64,000 bases of DNA. It comes from Moniliella sp. 'wahieum' (Eukaryota). The translations under genes were made by a program, and so were the position numbers. The stretch spans positions 186,001 through 250,000 of the forward strand of contig RSEE01000085.1 of the NCBI GenBank assembly GCA_003971905.1, given 5' to 3'. Position 1 is the first letter of the stretch. Every line of letters begins with the position of its first letter. Under the pieces are notes generated by a model that saw only the letters and a program-made list of their open reading frames with translations, was not told the origin of the DNA and did no database searches. Positions 39,201-52,430 of this stretch are shown here, piece after piece.

Positions 39201-39809
39201 AGTCCCTGCTCAGGCTTAGGAGTTCCGTTGTTGTCTCTCGCTTCTCTGTTTTCCTTGTCCCGCACCCTAGCCCCTGGTGGCGACTGGCGGCGTGATGTTC
39301 CTATATGTAAGCGTTGTCGGCTGGCTTTAGGACCACCACCACCACCACTACTTGCGATTGCATCACCCTCCAGGAGTATCCGGACTCCAGGTCTCATTGG
39401 GCGCGGTTGAAATATAGGTTGCTCTCTGCCCAGCTGTGGACGCTGTTCCGAATGGACATCATGATGTTTTCCCTTCTTTAGCGTGGGATGGGGGTGTTAT
39501 TGCCTCCGTTGCCTTCACACATATGAGATGAATGGTTAGTGATCCGTACATCGAGAGCTATTAGTGGTTCCAGATGCAGAGGCCGATGATCGATGATCGA
39601 TGAGGTGGAGTAGGTGGAGCAGGGCGGCGCAGATAACCAGTGGGGTCACGCGGAGCATTAGGGTTAGCCCTCAGTTGTTGTTCCGCCTGCTGGCGGAATG
39701 TGAATCTGCAGTTTCGGCTGCGGAGGATCGGGGCTGCGTTGGCTATTTACGCCAGACGGCGCTCGGTCCACCCGCTTTCCCACCCCACCACCAGCCTCTT
39801 CCCGCCGCC

Positions 39810-40479
39810 ATGGTTAAACTTACCACTGCTGACAACGAGACCTACGACGTAGCCCGCGATGTGGCCGAGCGTTCGGGGCTCATTAAGCAGATGCTTGAGG
39901 GTACGTACGCGCACCGCCTGTTCGAGTCCTGGCTTTGCCACCCTCATTCCCTTGTATCCCTTCCACCCTGACTTCCCGTTGATGATGTTCGTTGCTGATC
40001 TCTCTCTTTTTCTGTGGCGCCCAGACCTTGGCGAGACGGACAACCCTATTCCGCTCCCCAATGTAACCGCTCCTGTGCTCAAGAAGGTATGTGGCCTTGG
40101 CTCCCCTCGACTGCCGCTGCATCTGTTGTTGCTGACGCTCTGAATTTGATGCATAGGTGCTGGAGTACTGCGAGCACCACCGCAAGGATCCGCTCCCCAC
40201 GTCGGACGAGACGGACGAGGCACGGAAGGCGGCGCCCGAGGTTAACGAATGGGACAAGAAGTTCCTCAACGTGGACCAGGAAATGCTGTGTGGATCATCA
40301 TGGCCGCCAATTACCTCGACATTCGTGCTCTTCTCGATGCTGGATGCATCACCGTTGCTCTCATGATAAAGGGAAAGAGCGTGGAAGAGATCCGGAAGGT
40401 GTTCAACATCCAGAATGACTTTACCCCGGAAGAGGAGGCCCAAGTGCGCAAGGAGAACGAGTGGGCCGAGGATCGCTAG
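39810..40479 (+). CDS. SKP1: SCF ubiquitin ligase subunit Skp1; introns 39901-40024 and 40087-40156
   Basis: [113 protein letters not shown]. Confidence 0.97.
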
Positions 40480-43307
40480 ATGGAGGAGCCGGGAGGCTAA
40501 CCCGGCCTTCCCCCGCGTTACCATACTCCAAATTATGTTTGAAGCCATCCCCCACTCCCTTTTCCTCGCTATGAAAGAGGTCTTTCCGTTGTAGGTGGTT
40601 TACCTACCTTCGCCCCCATCCCTTGTGTTTTTTTGTTTCCGCCCTGCGCCCTCGTGGAGGGCGATTGTATCGATGACTCCTTCTCCCACACTGCGGATCT
40701 GGATAGGTAGTTGGACAGGGGGATGGGACTGGGCGGACTAAACAGGTGTCCGTTCCGCTCTATCCAAGCCTTGATAGTGTCACGCGAGTAGCTGAGCTGG
40801 GCCGTACGAGGGTGTGGCTGGGCCGAGGCCAAGGACGATGCCAAAGGCGCCATGATGAAGTGGGCACAGTCTTTGTAGGCCAATGTTAAAAGGTCGCCAT
40901 CTGCTCGGTGGTAGCCTTGATGGTAAGAGTTTCAAAAGAGGTGTCTATCAGTTGACTGATACGGACTTGCCGACCAAACTTGATTGTCACACCTTCCGCG
41001 GCCGGACTTGCATCGCCCCCACCACCTTCCAATCCAGAGGGCGGCCAGAGAATGTTCAGAGCTCAAATTAGAGAAGTGCTAATTTACTCTTTGACCCGTG
41101 TATAGGGAAAAGTCGGTCGGGAGCACTGGTACCCTTTTACCCTCCGTTGCCCGTCCAGAGTACCTATATACTGGCTACCTCGTCATGGGTAGAGACGCGA
41201 GCAGGTTGTCACACAGTTCATATATAGTTGTGCGCTTGCAGGTTCGTTAGGATTTTGAGTGGACGACCCCAACCTAACTTCTTCAATGGCATAGGGACTC
41301 CGGTGATTTAGTTCTGGGGTCACCTCTCCTTCTCTCCTCCATGGCTGCCGTTTTCTATTGTCCTGATGAAAGGATATGTTAAGCTAGCACAGCTTCCATA
41401 CGCGAGGTGTAGAAGAAAGGGAAATACCCGGTTTGCAAGTGTTGTAAGCTTTGGGACATTCAAAAAAGTACCACAAGCGCATCCAACCCGACGGTGTGGC
41501 CGTCGCTTGCCAGCATTCCAGCCGGCGTGAAAGGTGCCCCCAGTTGGGGGATGTGGCTCATGGCGAACGTGGGGTGTTTGAAGTGAAGCGAGGCACAGCC
41601 GATTTCACACACAAAAACGACGGTTAATACTGCTAACCGTGAGTGCGCCCTGTTCCACATTGCGGCACCGAAACCTGTTGGGGCCTTTGCCTTTCAAAGG
41701 GTCTTGACGGGTGTGAACCCACGGTACCAGAAATGGTGGGACCGGTGGTATGGTATACTCTATGAAGCCAAGTCGGTGCAGGATAATGGGAGCGCTCAAT
41801 GAACAAATCGGTCAAGAGTGTGGGTGTCCCGTACCGAGAAGTTTTTTCTCAAGTAATTTGGGATTCCTTGCTGCACCTCCGCCAAGGTACCAACACGAGG
41901 GGGGTGAGTATCATGCTGTATCATCTCTTCTGTTGGTGAGTTCGTCCTCGTTCAACGTTCACCGCCCGGCTGATGCATCTTTTGACCGAGAGAGAGCTGT
42001 GGTGAAGCTGTTTGGCGCGGGTATAGGTGTGATACCCGTCTCGACTCCTTCTGAGTGAGTTACATATTGGGCGGACAGAGCCAGCTACACCTAGTTTGTT
42101 ATCTCTTCTAGGGCAGCCTATCTCATGCGGGTGTTGTTGTGATGCTTCGAAGAAAAAACCTGTCCTTATGGATGTAGAGGGCCGTGTCCATCAGGGCAAA
42201 GATGTGCATATGCAGGCAGACGGTGGATGACCCTGACTGATTAGGACTAGATACACGAGGAGCACGCAGATGGGCAAAGGATCGGGTGGCAGGAGGAGAG
42301 GCCATGGAGACTTGGAAGGCTGGAGGGAAGCGAACACCGGAACAGCCAGGTAGCTGTTGCTCAGTATCAGGAAGACGCCAGTGCGGGAGAGGCATCTAGA
42401 TTGTGACGCGTGACGCGTGACGTGTGAGGTCGCATGCCACATGCCATGCGTGCCACACAGCGGAAAGGCCAGGCGCCAAAGGGTTCGGTACAACGGCTGG
42501 GGGTCCTCGATGGCGTGACCGCCATCACAAGCAGCACAGCGCCTGTGTGGTTTTCGCCGTGCCTGCGAAGGCGTTTTGATCGCTTTTGTTATCCCCTGGC
42601 CACCCCGTCGGGTTATAACCGGTAACCTCAGAGGGGCCATATCCAGGCGCATCTTCGCCGTGCTTGGTCGATGGCAGTGGCCAACCTGACCTGGCGATGC
42701 TGGAGCTGGGTGGACGCAATGGGTGGGATGGGCATGATAGAGAGATTGCGCGGGCTTCATGCGCAGACCGCTTGTGGATTGTCGATTGGGTTGGATTCGG
42801 GTGAGGCAGTGGACATGTGCACGCTGCTAAAATGTAAAGAGCAGTTCGTCAGTCTGGCGTAGCTAGTCACGAAGCCACTAGCCACTAGTCACTAGCCACT
42901 AGTCACGCCGTGTTCAAGCCCTCGCAGGCGCCAGGCCCCAGGACCTTCGCAGGCTTTCGCAGCATCGTTGAACCCGAGCAGGGCTTGTCTTTTCTCCGCG
43001 GCGCTAGTCCATTCATCTTTAGTCCGGGTGGCGGAATAATGGCATTACCAATAGTAAGACACGAAATTGTGTGCTTGGCTCTGCCACAGCGCCTTCTTCT
43101 TGTATCCTGTTTTTCGCCTCCCCACCACCACCTGCTCTTCTTTCCCAGCCCTCCCGTCTCGCCCCACAGCAGACCCCCTCAAGCCTCAGCTTCACTCTGT
43201 TGCTGGAGCAACTGCGCCCACTACCTTCTCCTTCCTCCCCAGCGCCGCTCATCTCGGTCGCCCGTGCCCCAGAACCAACGTGCCTTTGGCCCCGTCTCCG
43301 CACTTTG

Positions 43308-43378
43308 GTTAGTCTTCTGCCAGCAGCTGCCCCCAGGAACACGCTTGTGCTGACCATCTACTCCACTGATGAAACAGA
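43308..43378 (+). other. Probable 5'-UTR intron of the sulfite reductase gene
   Basis: GTTAGT donor, GCTGAC branch point and CAG acceptor 4 nt before the ATG at 43383. Confidence 0.55.
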
Positions 43379-43382
43379 TATC

Positions 43383-46300
43383 ATGTCGTCTCCCATTGCT
43401 CAGTTGGCCAGCGTGCTTTCTTCGGCCGTTGTCGTCGCTGGAACCGGCGTGGATGCCTCCCAATTCACCCACGTCCTTTTCGAGCATCTGCCTTTGCATG
43501 CCGAGATTGGTGCAGCTGCCCTGGCTGCCACCAAGTCCAACCCGCCTGGATCGAACCAGGTTGTTTCTGTTTTTGCGTCCGCGGACCGTGTTGCTCTGAT
43601 TCGCCTTGTCCCCTACCTCACCCAGCTCGCGTCTGTGCCCGTCGTCTTTCACATTGGCCTTCCCGCCGGTGCTGGGCACGCCGATGTGCTGGCGCTCCGT
43701 TCATCCGGTCTTGGACTCATCTACTCTTCCACATCACAGCAAGCATATGACCACACCCTTGTTGCTTCGGTTGCCGCTGCCGCCTCCCAGACCTCTGTCA
43801 TCCACTTCTACGAGACGACGGCACCCGAAACCCAGCTGGAAAAGGTGACTGATCATGACCTGCCCTCCCTTTTCACTGCTCCCGCTTCCTTGACTCGGGC
43901 CAATGGAACTTCCAACGGAAACGCGAATGGAAACGCGAATGGAAACGCGAACGGAAACGCGAATGGAAACGCGAATGGAAACGGTGCAGCTGCCATCTCT
44001 GCTCCCACAAAGGCCGCTGATATTGCCTCAGCCTTTCATTTTGCCTTTGCTCATGTTTCCGACCTGGTGGGTCACTCGGTCGAGCCATACACTTACAAGC
44101 CTGGCAACGAGCGCTTGGTAGTTTCCCTTGGTCCCAGCGTCGCTTCCTTTGCTGGAGACGCCAGCATCCTTGAGCTTCATCTCGTCCGCCCCAACCTTCT
44201 TGTGACGGAAGTGGAGGAAGCCCTGCAAAAGGCAAAATTGGTTGCCGTATTGGAGAAAACGGCGGGTCGGACCACTCGCGTCGGTCCTGTCTTTACTGAT
44301 GTTGTTACCGCCCTGCATAATGTACACGGAACCAAAGCCAAGCTTCCCCCTGTGCTAGCTGGCACAGTAGGCGAACTGGATGGCTCGTCCGCTGCCGACC
44401 TAGCTTCAGCTCTGGATAAGCAGCCCAAAACGTTCTCCCTTGGCGCCCAGACTAAGGACATCAAAACCGTTGCTCCTTCCGTCGTGCCTGCGCCCACCAA
44501 ACATGAGCAGGCATATCAGCTCATTCTGGAGCAGATTTTTGGCCCGCGCCTCAGCGTTATCAACTCGCCGTCCAACGAGAGTGACCCGCACCCTTCTGCT
44601 CGGTCGCCCGAGTACGCCTTTGGTCAAGTCCTGGCCCAGCTTGAGAAGCGCGATGCCGCCATTACTGCTGCCCAAGCGGCGCTTCGTTCTCAACCCCTTC
44701 CCAGCAATGTCCAAGAGCTGGCGACTAAGTTGGTGCAGGGCGATGCCGCTGTAGCAGCGGCAGCCGCCCTGGAACTGGCCTCCTCTTTGGGCCAAGAGTC
44801 TGCCCTGTCTCCTGAGCTCAACGCTCTGCTGGCCACGCTGCCCAATGTGGACGACAAGTCGCGCTGGATTGTAGGGAGCGATGCGTGGGCATACGATGCT
44901 GGCATGGGTGGCGTGCACAACGTCATCGCGTCCGGTAAGAAGGTCAACATGCTCATCTTTGACACACTTCCGTACACTGAGCGTGATGCTGTCGTGCCGG
45001 AGAAGCGGAAAAAGGACATTGGTCTTTACGCTATGAACTACGGCGGTGTGTATGTGGCTTCAACAGCGGTCTACTCGGACTATACTCAAGTTCTTCACGC
45101 CATCCGCGAAGCGGACGCCTTCGATGGCCCCTCTATCGTCTTGGCCTACGTTCCCTTCCGCACACAGGAAGCGGCCGCCCTAGAGGTGCTCAAGGAGACC
45201 AAGCTTGCCGTCGACAGCGGCTACTGGCCCCTCTTCCGTTGGGACCCTAGCGCTGAGGCCCAAAGCCGGGAGGTATTTCACCTAGACAGTGCTCGGCTGC
45301 GCGAGCAGCTCAAGCAGTTCCTCGACCGTACCAACCAGCTGTCTTACCTCGCCAACGCACAGCCGGCGCTCGCCTACGATTTGGTTGCCTCCCAAGGCGC
45401 CGGACTGCGTGCCGCCCAAAAGCGCAAGGCCAAACAGGCCTATGATGACCTGCTTTCGTCCCTCGATGGACCTCCCCTCCTCATTCTCTTTGCCTCGGAT
45501 TCTGGCACGGCCGAGAAAGTGGCTAAGAAACTGGGCCAGCGCGCCCAGGCTCGAGGGGTGGCGACACGTGTGCTGGCAATGGACGACTTCCCTACCTCGG
45601 ATGAGCTGGCCCAAGAGGAGAATGTTTCTTTGTCACCTCCACCGCTGGACAAGGCGAGTTCCCCCAGAACGGGCGAGACACATGGAAGACACTTGCCAAG
45701 CTTACTCCCGGGTCCCTGAGTACGGTCAAGGCGGGCGTGTTTGGGTTGGGTGACAGTCATTACTGGCCTCGCCCAGAGGATGCAGGGTACTACAACAAGC
45801 CTTCCAAGGATTTGGCTGCCCGTCTGGCCTCTCTGGGTGCCGAGCCTTTGGTTGAGTTGGGATTGGGTGACGACCAAGACGCAGATGGATGGCAGACGGG
45901 CTACAAGGCATGGGAACCACTCGTATGGAAGGCTCTGGGCGTGGACCACATCCAGGTAACGGAGCCAGAACCTGAACCAATTACCAACGAGAACATCAAG
46001 ATTGCCTCCAACTACCTCCGTGGTACGATTGTCGAGGGTCTAGCGGACAAATCGACGGGCGCGATTGCCGAGAGCGACACACAACTGACCAAGTTCCACG
46101 GAACCTATATGCAGTACGACCGGGACACGGTCGAGGAGCGCAAGGCTGCTGGGCTTGAGCCTGCGTACAGCTTCATGATCCGGTGCCGCATCCCGGGTGG
46201 AGTTGCCACACCCGCTCAATGGCTCGCTTTGGACCAGATTGCCGATGACTACGGTAACCGTACTCTAAAGATCACAACGCGGCAGACGATCCAGTATCAC

Positions 46301-47741
46301 TATGTAGTCAAGAGCAACCTCAAGAGCGCCATGCAGGCCATCAACAAGACTTTGCTCGACACAATTGCCGCATGTGGTGATGTGAACCGCAACGTTATGG
46401 CGTCGCCCCTGCCTCAGCTTTCCGAGCTGCACGAGGACGTGTTTGACTTCAGTAAACGTCTGTCTGACCATCTCTTGCCCCGGCTGAACGCCTACCACGA
46501 GATTTGGCTTGACCAGGGTACCGACAGCAAGAACCAGCTTTTGGTCGGTGGGGCGTTGCAGGACTACGAACCTCTCTACGGGCCCTACTATTTGCCGCGC
46601 AAGTTCAAGATTGCGATCGCGGTGCCGCCACGGAATGATGTTGACTGTTTTGCCCACGACGTGGGGCTCATCGCGATTGCCGACCCGGCGACAAAGCGTC
46701 TGCTTGGCTTTAACCTCTCTGTTGGAGGGGATGGGGGTAACTCACTCGATGAAGATCACCTATCCCCGGACTGGGACGGTTATTGGCTTTGTTACACCCG
46801 AGCAGACCCTGGATGCGGTTCGCACGGTGATGCTCACCAGCGGGACACCGGCGACCGTGCGAATCGCAAGCAAGCGCGGCTCAAGTACACCATTGACAAG
46901 CACTTTGGTGGAGCGGACAAGTTCCGGGACGAGATTGAGAAGCGGTTGGGTGGAAGCTGGCGCCTGCGCGCCCGTACAAGTTTGAGTGCAACACGGACCA
47001 GTACGGATGGATCAAGGACCATCGGGGCCAATGGCACTGTGGTCTGTGGCTCGAGAATGGGCGGGTCAAGGATACACCCGAGTCCCCCTTCCGCACAGGG
47101 CTGCGCGAGCTGGCCAAGTGGCACAAGGGTACGTTCCGCATGACCCCAACCAGCACATCATTGTCTCGGACGTGGCTGAGGAGGATAAGCCCAAGGTGGA
47201 GGAACACCTGCGCAAGTACAAGATGGACAATTGGAACTTGTCGGGCATCCAGCGCAGTGCCTCCGCTTGCGTTGCTTTCCCTACTTGCGGCCTGGCTATG
47301 GCCGAGTCGGAGCGGGTACCTCCCCATCCTCGTCGAGAAGGTCGAGCAGCTGTTTGTTGCTGCTGGGTTGAGGGACGACGAGGTGGTGATGCGGATGAGC
47401 GGGTGTGCCAACGGGTGCTCCCGTCCCTGGTTGGCCGAGATTGGGTTTGTGGGGAAGGCACCTGGATCGTACCTGATGCTTCTGGGGGGTGGGCATGCAG
47501 GCCAACGTCTGTCCAAGATTTTCCGCGATGGCGTGGGCGAGGAGCAGATCCTCAAGGAGCTTGAGCCGCTGGTCAAGCGCTATGCTGCTGAGCGTCTCGA
47601 GGGGGAGCCTTTGGAGATTGGGTCATCCGCTCTGGTGTCATTGCACCCACCACGTCGGGCGCCGAATTCTACGACAACGTCAACACAGAAGGCTACTCCC
47701 CTGTGCCCCCGCCCAAGGTCATTCCTGGCACATTTGCTTAA
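43383..47741 (+). CDS. MET5: Sulfite reductase (NADPH) beta/haemoprotein subunit (PFOR-like, flavodoxin and siroheme domains), frameshifted in the 3' half
   Basis: WIVGSDAWAYD, RKKDIGLYAMNYG, KETKLAVDSGYWPL, flavodoxin ILFASDSGTAEKVAKKL and FGLGDSHYWPR, QLTKFHGTYMQ, TIAACGDVNRNV, YLPRKFKIAIAVPP, ACVAFPTCGLAMAESER, RMSGCANGCSRPW. Confidence 0.95.
43902..43985 (+). repeat. Coding 12-bp tandem repeat (AAYGGAAACGCG)n encoding (NGNA)n
   Basis: Direct reading: NGTSNGNANGNANGNANGNANGNANGNG. Confidence 0.95.
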
Positions 47742-48225
47742 CCTGTTGCCCTCGGTCTTGCTTGTCTCCCTCGCGTTTCTTTTTGTGACTTCCTGTGATT
47801 CGAAAGATATGTTAAGTTCGTTTTGCCCTGCCAATACTCTAGGGAGTTCGTCTGATTCAGTCGTCAAGGGGGTATATAATGAGAAGAAGAGCATTCAGAA
47901 CATGTATACTACAGCAGGCAATGGGAGCCAACGGTAGTTCAGCGTCGCGATGGCAGCCCAGAATAAAAATGGACAACTAAAAGGTGGCCCAATGGTAGAG
48001 GTCAAGTAATAGAAGACCAACAACAATCGAAAGTAACGCGAGAATGTCTTGTGAGTGGGGCTCTCCTATGTGGCAGGCCCAACACTTGTATAATGGGCAA
48101 CAATAAGTAGAGCAGTGGCGTCGATGGCGGGGGGCGGAAATGTCGTGATCACGACATTTCCGCCCACCCCACCATAAAGCGCTTGCATATCCGGCTGCTG
48201 CGCAACACTCTACGCTTTCATCGAC

Positions 48226-50058
48226 ATGGCTGGGAGCGCGTTGGTGGCAAGGCTGTCCCAAGCGCTGGCGCTGCTCCAGAGCAGCCCTCCCCTCCGCATC
48301 CCCATACCACGTCCACGTCCTCCCACCCTGACCGCATCCCATTCACCTTTACCATCGTCCGCGCCGCCTCCGCCAGCTGTGCGCCGGGCGTCCGTTGCCA
48401 TATTGTTGCGTGTGCGCCCCACCTCGGATGACGTGCAGTGGCTGTCTGAACAGTACGATGTTGATGGCCAGCCTCTTCATGGAACCGATGCGGAGGCTAT
48501 GGAGCAGCTTCTGCACCAGCCTCCGACCACATCGTACCTGTCGCCCAAGGCTGCGCATACCCGCGGTGCAATCGCCCAGGCTAAAGACTCTGTTCCGGAT
48601 ACTCCAAGCGGGGCTCCTACATCACATATTCTCCGCACTTTCTTTACTTTCCCTTGGGTACGCCGTGGTACAGCCGAAATTTTTTATCAAGCGGGCCACA
48701 CGCCCAGGCGACAATTGGTCAGCCCAAGTGGCTTTCCCGGGAGGACGGAGAGAAGACGGCGATGAGAATGGGCTCTACACTGCGTTACGAGAGACGTGGG
48801 AGGAGACCGGAATTGATCTGGCTGAGGAAGGAATTTGTTTGTTTGGGTCAATTGGACGATCGAGAGATTACGTCGAATCTGGGGCAGAAACTGCTGATGG
48901 TTTTGAGCCCTTATGTCTTTCTCCAAATCAGTCCTTTCAGCCCACACCCCAGTTTGGCCGCAAGTGAAGTGGCCTCGGCACATTGGATCCCTCTCACTCT
49001 TTTGGACGAGCCTACTCCTGGAACGTGGAGTACCACCACGGTCGATGTCGCTCATCGCTTAGCGCCCAATTCGCCGATCGTCCGATCGTCGCTCCGTGCC
49101 TTGGTGGGTGACATGGACTATCGATCCCTTCTGCTGCCTAACCAGCCGGTCGCTGAAGCTATCGAATCAGATGCAGAAGGGGGAAGCGTGACCCCACAAT
49201 CTTCCCACCCCTCGGATGGAGACGATGCGGTCCATTCCAGGGATACATCCGCGTCCAATTTGGATGATTCTCCTGACTATCCTGTTTCTGCTCTCGACCA
49301 TCCTCACTTCCACCGCCGGGGGGCCCTATCTCCTGCACCCTCTGAACAACAGCTCAAAGAGGAACGCCCACCTCTTCAATTATGGGGGTTGACTTTGGGA
49401 ATGTCCTTGTGCGTAGCATCACTCTGTACCTTTGCTCCGACTACCAATTCTGACTAGCAGTATGTTCAGGGACCTTCTCTCTCGCATGCCTTTACCCCCT
49501 CTTCATCAGGAGTGCCGCCATCACCACACCTTCAGCCCATGTCGATTTGGTTGACCGCCCCCGCACCTGGATTACGGACGTAATCCGCATCCACCACCCC
49601 TGGGCCTCCTGGCGGCATGCACCGATCTTTGCTGCTGCCTTTCCCCGTTTCAGTTATCCCGATGTGAACCTATGGATTTGGATCTTTGGCTGGCGCTATC
49701 GGCGTCTCGTTTCCGCCTGGTCCGATCAGATCACGGCATCGAGCGTAGCAGCCCCACATGCCTGGGACCTTCTCTCCACATCATCTTCCGTGGGACCAGC
49801 GCCCTCGTTGCGTCCCCTCCCGGGAGGCCAACCTCGTCGCACCTCTAATCGCTTGGGCCCAGCTGAACTTGCACTGGGGCCTACTATTCCGCTGTGCGTC
49901 GCGCCTTAGTTGTCACGGTCGTCCTGCGTGGGCTCGGTGCGCTCATCCTGTCATCCGTGGGCGTCGGACTGCTGCTCCAGCGCTGGCGCCGATACCGCCA
50001 AGTCTCCCAGGTTGGGGGATCGATCAATGGCTCTCTTGAGGGCCTGACTTTTAAGTAA
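48226..50058 (+). CDS. Nudix hydrolase (CoA-pyrophosphatase-like) with C-terminal hydrophobic helix; intron 49409-49469; frameshifted
   Basis: RRASVAILLR, FIKRATRPGDNWSAQVAFPGGRREDGDENGLYTALRETWEETGIDL (Nudix box), LGQLDDREITS, EVASAHWIPL, LWGLTLGMSLDLL. Confidence 0.88.
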
Positions 50059-51342
50059 TGACTGACCCGTGACTTGGTTGTGGGTGCCATCATATCCTTC
50101 CCTGCTATAGCATTCTCGTCTCATACCAAAAAATTCATCCTGACATCAATACTGTGGCATCCCTGAGGCCTGATGCCTCATGTTGCCCTGTAACCTCTTG
50201 TTAAATTGATCCTTGTCATTCACTGGCAGCTGCTGCGACCACATAAGATGAATGTGATTAGGATGAAGAAGGATCGGCAAAGTGTTAACCGTTTGTTGAG
50301 AATCAGCAGTCTTCATCGATTTCGTTCATGTTGTAAACACGCGTGAGCGTGCAACATGTGAACGTTAATCAGAATCGTGTCGATGATCATCTGGTCGGTC
50401 ATGATGACCACTGGTTGGTCAACTTGACCACCCTCCCTAGTTTCACTTCCACACGGTGTTGGTTCTGTGGTGGCGATGATAAATGATCAACTTCAATGAT
50501 TAATCGATCACCTCGATTATCGAGCGATTAATCAATTACCTTGATTATCGAGATATCAACGGTTACTGACATGGACAGAGCACAAGCAGCCCATCGTCTC
50601 CGATTGCGGTGCGTCGGGAGCGTCAAGTTCCTCATTGGCAAGAAGGAAGAACTATCAAGGCATATATATGCAGGGGGGGAGAAGAAAAAACAGAAGCCCA
50701 TTCGAAGTGCTGGAGCGCGACAGGGGTACACCTTGGACGCATCCCCATTCGTTTTTCTCGTCAACGCGTCTATGTGGATTATCAACACATTCGGGGCCCA
50801 AAGATGCTTATAACGTTTATGTAGGGCACCGACGCCCCCATGTGCTGGCCATCACTTGTCATCCACGGCCCTCAGGTGAACATACTGAACCGCATTGATT
50901 AATGATTATTCCATCATCTCCATCATCCACATGCCTGCTGCTTGTTTGTGCCGGCTTGCTTTCGTTACCAGAGTATGTTGCATCAAGGTGAATGCAGTAC
51001 TTGGCTTCAATCGCTGGCGAGACCCCGGGCCAGGGGGGATGGGCAGTAGGAATTATGAACTGCTCCAATGCCAGACCCGCACAAGGGCAGTGTGGGAGTT
51101 CTAGGGTTAGCATCGGTGCTCAGCTGTGCTGCGGGTCAGACCGGGGAGGGGCATTTTGTAAGCAAGGCAGTTGCACGACGGCTGGCGCCGTGCCGGGTGG
51201 AGTGGTTGGACCCCCGGGGCGGCAGCAAGGCAGGGGGGCAGCTGCCGGGCCCAGGGCTGGCTTCTCAGGCCCAGCAATCTCGCTGTCACAGCCGGAGCAG
51301 CAGCTAGGGCCCGCCGGCGTCCCACCACCATCCCTGCTTGCC

Positions 51343-51894
51343 ATGCTCTCTGCACTCCGCCAGGTTGCCCGCCGCGTCCCGGTCGAGGCGCGCGCCTTCC
51401 ACTCCTCGCCCGCGCCCCACAACACGCCAGCCTACATCGCCAAGGCCAAGGCTGCCGGTCTCAGTGTGGTGGCCAAGACAGAGGGTGCGTGTGGTCTTGT
51501 CTTCTGGCGGTTCCTGCCCGCTTACTAACATGTATGATCGTCCAGCTGTTGCTCAGCCAGCATGGTACTACGCCAAGGTGGCTGGTGAGGTGGCCAAGCA
51601 GGTGTACCAAGGCCAGGCTCTGGCGCCCCCAACCAATCTTGCTCAGATCAAGGCGGCGTACCAGACCTTCTACGCCAACGCTTCCAACATTGGCTGGTGG
51701 AACTCGATTGCCGCCAATGGCCAGTGGAAGACGGTGGCACTGTATGGTCTTGAGGCCTACGGATTCTTCAAAGTGGGCGAGATTGTAAGTTGCCGCATCC
51801 TCTTCCTTTTGCTCTGAGAGAAACTGACATTGGGTTTCTTGTTCAGATTGGCCGGAGGAACCTGGTTGGCTACAAGGTCGACAAGCACCACTAA
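51343..51894 (+). CDS. ATP20: Mitochondrial ATP synthase subunit g, 142 aa; introns 51485-51545 and 51785-51846
   Basis: Presequence MLSALRQVARR; YYAKVAGEVAKQVY..LAPP; EAYGFFKVGEIIGRRNLVGY (GxxxG); splicing is in frame. Confidence 0.93.
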
Positions 51895-52430
51895 ACTGCG
51901 GGTCCATCGGCCCTCCTCTAGGTGGACAAGGTGAGGGATGTAACAAAACCGGTTAATGTGACTCACCCACCTATTCGGACGACATCGATACGCCTGAGCC
52001 TGTCATTCTTCTGCGACTGGACTCCCTGGGATGCTCATCCCCATCCCCTGTCTAGCCCTTCTACCACGCCCCCGCCCCAAAAGGATGCTCCCGGCGGAAT
52101 ACATATGAAGACAACGCAGTCCTTTGAGCCGTCTCTGCCCTACTCTATGAATATGTCTATAGTGGTGGCCCACGTAGCATGGAACAGGGTAGATATGTAC
52201 ATGGTATGCATAAAACGTGAGATCGGAGAGGTGTGAAGAACAGAGACATAAAGGGAAGCGTCCGCGATGGCTATCTGTTGGTCCCAGGCTGGGAAAGTGT
52301 TTGCAGAGAACAGATGACTTGACAGAAAGACAGGAGGGCGCCGCTGGCGAAACCAGGCGAAGAAACAAGTGCAGGTGCAGAGAACCACGCCATCGGTGTT
52401 CCCCGACTCTGTCGCCAAGTAAGGCAAGCA

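Noticed and set aside
40880..42400. Hidden gene between SKP1 and MET5
   Set aside because: Scattered GTGAGT donors but no coherent reading frame or motif that I could support.
43071..43382. N-terminal extension of the 882-aa ORF upstream of MSSPIAQ
   Set aside because: Starts at a non-ATG codon, is pyrimidine-rich and contains a probable 5'-UTR intron; the real start is likely 43383.
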